In this document: one piece after another, positions 29,048-32,000 of the stretch
How positions within the stretch are numbered: the first letter of the stretch is position 1
Layout: each line of letters starts with the position of its first letter
The notes under the pieces: model-generated
Database searches by the model: none
Told to the model about the DNA's origin: nothing
Seen by the model: only the letters and a program-made list of their open reading frames with translations
Program-made: the position numbers and the translations under genes
Assembly (NCBI RefSeq): GCF_008065095.1
Contig: NZ_CP042911.1
Location: forward strand, 510,001-542,000
Direction of reading: 5' to 3'
Source of the DNA: Gemmata obscuriglobus
GTDB lineage: Bacteria; Planctomycetota; Planctomycetia; Gemmatales; Gemmataceae
Length of the DNA stretch: 32,000 bases

Positions 29048-29944
29048 ATGCGCCACGCTGCCCGCGGTCGCTCGCGCCCGCTCCTGCTCGCCACACTGGT
29101 CGCCGTGGTCTGTTCCTCGCCATCCGGTGCGGCCGAGGAGCAGGACAAGTACGAGGACCAAATGCTCGCCCGATGCGCGGAGCGGGCGCACAAGAATGCC
29201 GTCGGCGAGCGGGCGCAGTGGATCAAGGCGCTCGAGGCCGCGTTCCCGGACAAGGTGGTCCACGCGACCACGGAAGAGGAGTACGCGACGTGGTTCGCGC
29301 TGCTGGTCGGCAAAAACGAGGACTGGCGCCGCGACGACGTCCCGGGGTTCGCCGAACTGTTCGATAAGGTGTTGCAGCGGCTCGAACTCGGCCCGGTGCC
29401 CTCGATCAAGCGGGACGAGTTCGCCCGGTACACCAAGAAAATGATGCGCGACGGCCCGGGGCGCGACGGGCCGGACCCGAACGAGGACGCCGACCGAGTG
29501 TTCCGCGTGCTGGACCGCAACGCCGACGGCGAACTGGCACCCGAGGAGTTCACCGCCGGGCTGAAGGACGACAAGCTCGGTGCCGACGCGGACGGTAACG
29601 GACGCCTGTCGAAAACCGAATACCGTGGGTACTTCCACAAGCGGGTGCAGGTGCGAGCCGACACGCTGTCCGCCGGACGTGCTCCGGGCGGCGACCCGCT
29701 GGTGCGCGGCAAAGAGGGAAAGCCGGCACCTGGGGCCGGGCTGCCGGAGTGGTTCGGCGCGCTCGACACCGACAAGGACGGTCAGATCGCGCTGTTCGAG
29801 TGGCGTAAGGGGGGCCGGCCGATTGCGGCGTTCACCGAGATGGACCTGAACGCCGACGGGTTACTGACCCGCGACGAGTACCAACGGTTTGTGAAACAGA
29901 CTGAGGACAAACGGAAGCAGCAAAAGCGCGAAGAGCAAGACTGA
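29048..29944 (+). CDS. Secreted EF-hand calcium-binding protein (two EF-hand pairs)
   Basis: Signal peptide 'RPLLLATLVAVVCSSPSGAAE'. EF loops are 'DRNADGELAPEE', 'DADGNGRLSKTE', 'DTDKDGQIALFE' and 'DLNADGLLTRDE'. The C-terminal module is paralogous to that of 23845-25176. Confidence 0.88.
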   Translation: MRHAARGRSRPLLLATLVAVVCSSPSGAAEEQDKYEDQMLARCAERAHKNAVGERAQWIKALEAAFPDKVVHATTEEEYATWFALLVGKNEDWRRDDVPGFAELFDKVLQRLELGPVPSIKRDEFARYTKKMMRDGPGRDGPDPNEDADRVFRVLDRNADGELAPEEFTAGLKDDKLGADADGNGRLSKTEYRGYFHKRVQVRADTLSAGRAPGGDPLVRGKEGKPAPGAGLPEWFGALDTDKDGQIALFEWRKGGRPIAAFTEMDLNADGLLTRDEYQRFVKQTEDKRKQQKREEQD

Positions 29945-29962
29945 AGGCGTTCACCCGCGGGG

Positions 29963-30307
29963 CCACTTTCTCGCCGAACGGCACAAAGACCCCGTCTTAC
30001 ACACCGGGGTGTTGCGACCGGCATCAACTTCGTAGGGCCGAGACCATCCGCGGCGTAACGCCGCAACTCGTGGCGCTGACTCCGCGGACGAGCGGGAATG
30101 AATGTACCGGAGCGCGCGTCACGCTCACCGCCCGGTTTCGTTGTGTAAAGGTGTCGGTCCGCGGCGACCACTTTCCCGCCGAACGGCGAAAACTCTCCGG
30201 GTCCCTCCACGGGAGGGCGGACCCGGAAGTTCGGCGGTCACTCAACTCGGTGGGCGTTAACCGTCCGCGGCGTAACGCCGCAACTCGTGGCGCTGACCGC
30301 CGCGGAC
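29963..30307. repeat. Degenerate ~205-217-bp tandem duplication in non-coding DNA, with a conserved 34-nt structured core
   Basis: The core tccgcggcgtaacgccgcaactcgtggcgctgac is identical at 30047-30080 and 30264-30297. A second block, ccactttc(t/c)cgccgaacggc, is at 29963-29982 and 30168-30187. The core contains the hairpin gcggcgt-a-acgccgc and is bracketed by tccgcgg/ccgcgga. Confidence 0.9.
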
Positions 30308-30456
30308 CAACACCCGCAATGTAAGCGCCCGTGCTCCGTATGCAACCTCGGTGGCGGTTGTGGCTGCTCGCGGGGCCAAGCACATCCGGGCCGCAACAAC
30401 CAGCCCCGACCAACCGGACCGACGCACCGAGTTCCCGCTCAAAACCCGCCCGCGTT

Positions 30457-30582
30457 CTACTCCTTGCCCAGCACCAGATCGATGACTCAGCACCCGCGCG
30501 CGTGCGGTGCCGGGCCGCGACAGTGGTCGAGAACCCGGCCGCTCTCACACCCGACATACTGGAACGCGTCGGCCAGAATCCG
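30457..30582 (-). pseudogene. 3' fragment of a '...HVRGCWVVDLVLGKE'-family gene with an in-frame TGA in place of the conserved Trp
   Basis: The minus-strand translation 'RILADAFQYVGCESGRVLDHCRGPAPHARGC*VIDLVLGKE*' aligns with 'PILADAIQDAGCDSDDILAHCRDPQQVHVRGCWVVDLVLGKE' of CDS 740-1393. The TGA is at 30487-30489. There is no N-terminal part. Confidence 0.8.
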
Positions 30583-30916
30583 ACTCCCCGAGGTGCGCGA
30601 CCACGTCCCCCTGGAGTTGCTCCAGCAGTCAGGCGTCGGACCACGGGGACTGGGTGATGAACTTCTGCCGGGACTGCACCACACACGCGTCGATGGCCTC
30701 GGCGACGTTCTCCACGCTTCGCCGATCCGCGCCCAGTAGCAGACCCCGTACGAACCAGTAGGCGTGAGCCGCCGCTTCACCCCGGCCGAACAGCAGCCCG
30801 TACCGCCCCAGGAACCGGTCCAACTCGGGCTTCAACTGGCGCAGGGCCGGCACATCCACGTGCGCGCCACCCCCAACACATCCCCATGAGCACACCAAGG
30901 CCTCCGCTCGTACCAC
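30583..30916 (-). pseudogene. N-terminal fragment (~110 codons) of an IS701-family (DDE_5-type) transposase, interrupted by a stop and truncated
   Basis: 'ALRQLKPELDRFLGRYGLLFGRGEAAAHAYWFVRGLLLGADRRSVENVAEAID...QSRQKFITQSPWSDA*LLEQLQGDVVAHLG' matches the conserved N-terminal region of IS701-type transposases as I recall it. There is a TGA at 30629-30631. The DDE catalytic part is absent. The frame switches into the neighbouring fragment at about 30583. Confidence 0.7.
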
Positions 30917-30989
30917 GGCACCCGGATGACGTGCAGGAGCAACTGACGAGGCTCTGTAGTATTAGAACCACGCACGGAGACCGCTTGCG

Positions 30990-31436
30990 TCACTTCGCCT
31001 CGAACAGTTCGATCTCGAACACCAGCGTGGAGCCGGCGGGTATGATGCCCTTGTCCTCGTCGCCGTAGGCCAGGTCCGCGGGGATCCGGAGCCGCCGGAC
31101 GCCGCCCGGCTTCATCCCCGGAATGCCCTCCTGCCACCCCTTGATGAGACGGCCCAGCGGAAAGGTCGCCTTCTTCCCGCGGTCCAGGCTGCTGTCGAAT
31201 TTGGTCGCCTTATCGTCGGTGAGCCAGCCGGTGTAGTGGATCGTCACGGTCGCGCCGGGTTTCACCGCCTCGCCCGTTCCCTCCTTCACGTCCCAGATCT
31301 CCAGCCCGGACTTGGTCTTCTTCCACTCCTTCGAGTCGAGCGCCGGGCGCTCGAGCTTCTTGTCCTCACCGGCCGCGAACGGCACCACCGTGAGCGCCGC
31401 GCACACGGCGAACATCGTCGTCAGACGCATCAGCAT
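30990..31436 (-). CDS. Secreted FKBP-type peptidyl-prolyl cis-trans isomerase
   Basis: A signal peptide is followed by 'GLEIWDVKEGTGEAVKPGATVTIHYTGWL.DD..KFDSSLDRGKKATFPLG..IKGWQEGIPGMKPGGVRRLRIPADLAYG......IPAGSTLVFEIELFEA', the canonical FKBP_C pattern. Confidence 0.93.
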   Translation of the reverse strand: MLMRLTTMFAVCAALTVVPFAAGEDKKLERPALDSKEWKKTKSGLEIWDVKEGTGEAVKPGATVTIHYTGWLTDDKATKFDSSLDRGKKATFPLGRLIKGWQEGIPGMKPGGVRRLRIPADLAYGDEDKGIIPAGSTLVFEIELFEAK

Positions 31437-31639
31437 CCCTCCGGACCAGAAACCGAACCGGCGCCGCGCCCGCGGCCCCGTCCTGCCAGGGTACGCCGGC
31501 CTGCCTCTGGGGGCACTGCCGGGGCGCGGAAAACTCTCACCCCTTTTCGCTTGCTTCCGTGCCCGGGAGCGGGATGATGCACAGTCCGGGGCCGCACGCC
31601 CCGGACCCGTTCGCCTCCCTTCCCCGTGAGGAACATTTC

Positions 31640-32000
31640 ATGCGCACCAAGCTGCTGGCCGCCGCGCTGCTCGTCGCGTCCGCCGCCGCGGGCCGGGCCG
31701 ACGACGGCCTGACCAGGGGCACCCCCGAGGTGAAGTCCGTCACGGCCCTCGCGTTCGGCCCCAAGGGGCTGCTGCTCATCGGCGACTCCGCTGGGGCCGC
31801 GGTGTTCGCAGTGGACACCGGCGACACCAAGCCGGCCGGCGACAAGCCGCTGAACGTCGAGAAACTGGACTCCAAGATCGCCGCGGCGCTGGGCGTCACC
31901 GACAAAGACGTGAAGATCACCGACGTGCGGGTGAACCCGGCGTCCGGGAACGTGTTCGTGGGAGTCGCCCGCGGCGCCGGCGCCGGAACCCCGGCGCTGG
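31640..32000 (+). CDS. Secreted hypothetical protein, N-terminal 120 codons (3' end lies outside the window)
   Basis: Not in the ORF track because no stop is reached. ATG 31640 follows GAGGAA. It encodes 'MRTKLLAAALLVASAAAGRADD...' (signal peptide) and stays open with high GC3 to the window end. Confidence 0.6.
   Translation, partial: MRTKLLAAALLVASAAAGRADDGLTRGTPEVKSVTALAFGPKGLLLIGDSAGAAVFAVDTGDTKPAGDKPLNVEKLDSKIAAALGVTDKDVKITDVRVNPASGNVFVGVARGAGAGTPAL

Noticed and set aside
29963-30307. Possible CRISPR array suggested by the identical 34-nt repeats
   Set aside because: There are only two copies, ~217 bp apart, far longer than CRISPR spacers. The intervening DNA is itself partly duplicated, and no cas genes are present in the window.

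Overview
GC-rich (about two-thirds G+C by eye) bacterial chromosomal segment. The gene content is a DUF1080 protein, a Tat-signal Gfo/Idh/MocA oxidoreductase, a Uma2 endonuclease, an HDOD protein, a multi-PAS hybrid kinase, secreted EF-hand/Gly-rich proteins and a member of the '...HVRGCWVVDLVLGKE' paralogue family. This suggests Planctomycetota, Gemmataceae-like, but that is inference only. I support 22 protein-coding genes (2 cut by the window edges) and one decayed IS701-type transposase fragment abutting a gene fragment. I saw no rRNA, tRNA or CRISPR array. Housekeeping genes are the 3' part of an IlvD/Edd dehydratase, hemF and a 2-oxoacid dehydrogenase E1alpha-E1beta-E2 operon. Secreted proteolysis and folding genes are an S46 dipeptidyl-peptidase, a tricorn-like S41 protease and an FKBP PPIase. 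The most unusual observations are: (i) a PyrD-like barrel with substituted catalytic motifs, fused to an internally duplicated membrane domain; (ii) several unrelated, very long perfect inverted repeats (17-37 bp arms) in intergenic DNA, between E1alpha and E1beta, and in frame inside the E2 linker; (iii) a tricorn-like protease flanked by two secreted proteins that share a near-identical C-terminal EF-hand pair, one of them carrying an extreme GGFGG/RGG low-complexity region; (iv) an orphan phage-type AAA_24-like ATPase next to an ~820-bp gene-free region; (v) a stand-alone AGAT-type amidinotransferase; (vi) a ~500-bp non-coding stretch with a ~210-bp tandem duplication, next to an IS remnant. 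I found no recognisable complete defence, CRISPR or retroelement system. All functional calls come from motif recognition by eye and need database confirmation.
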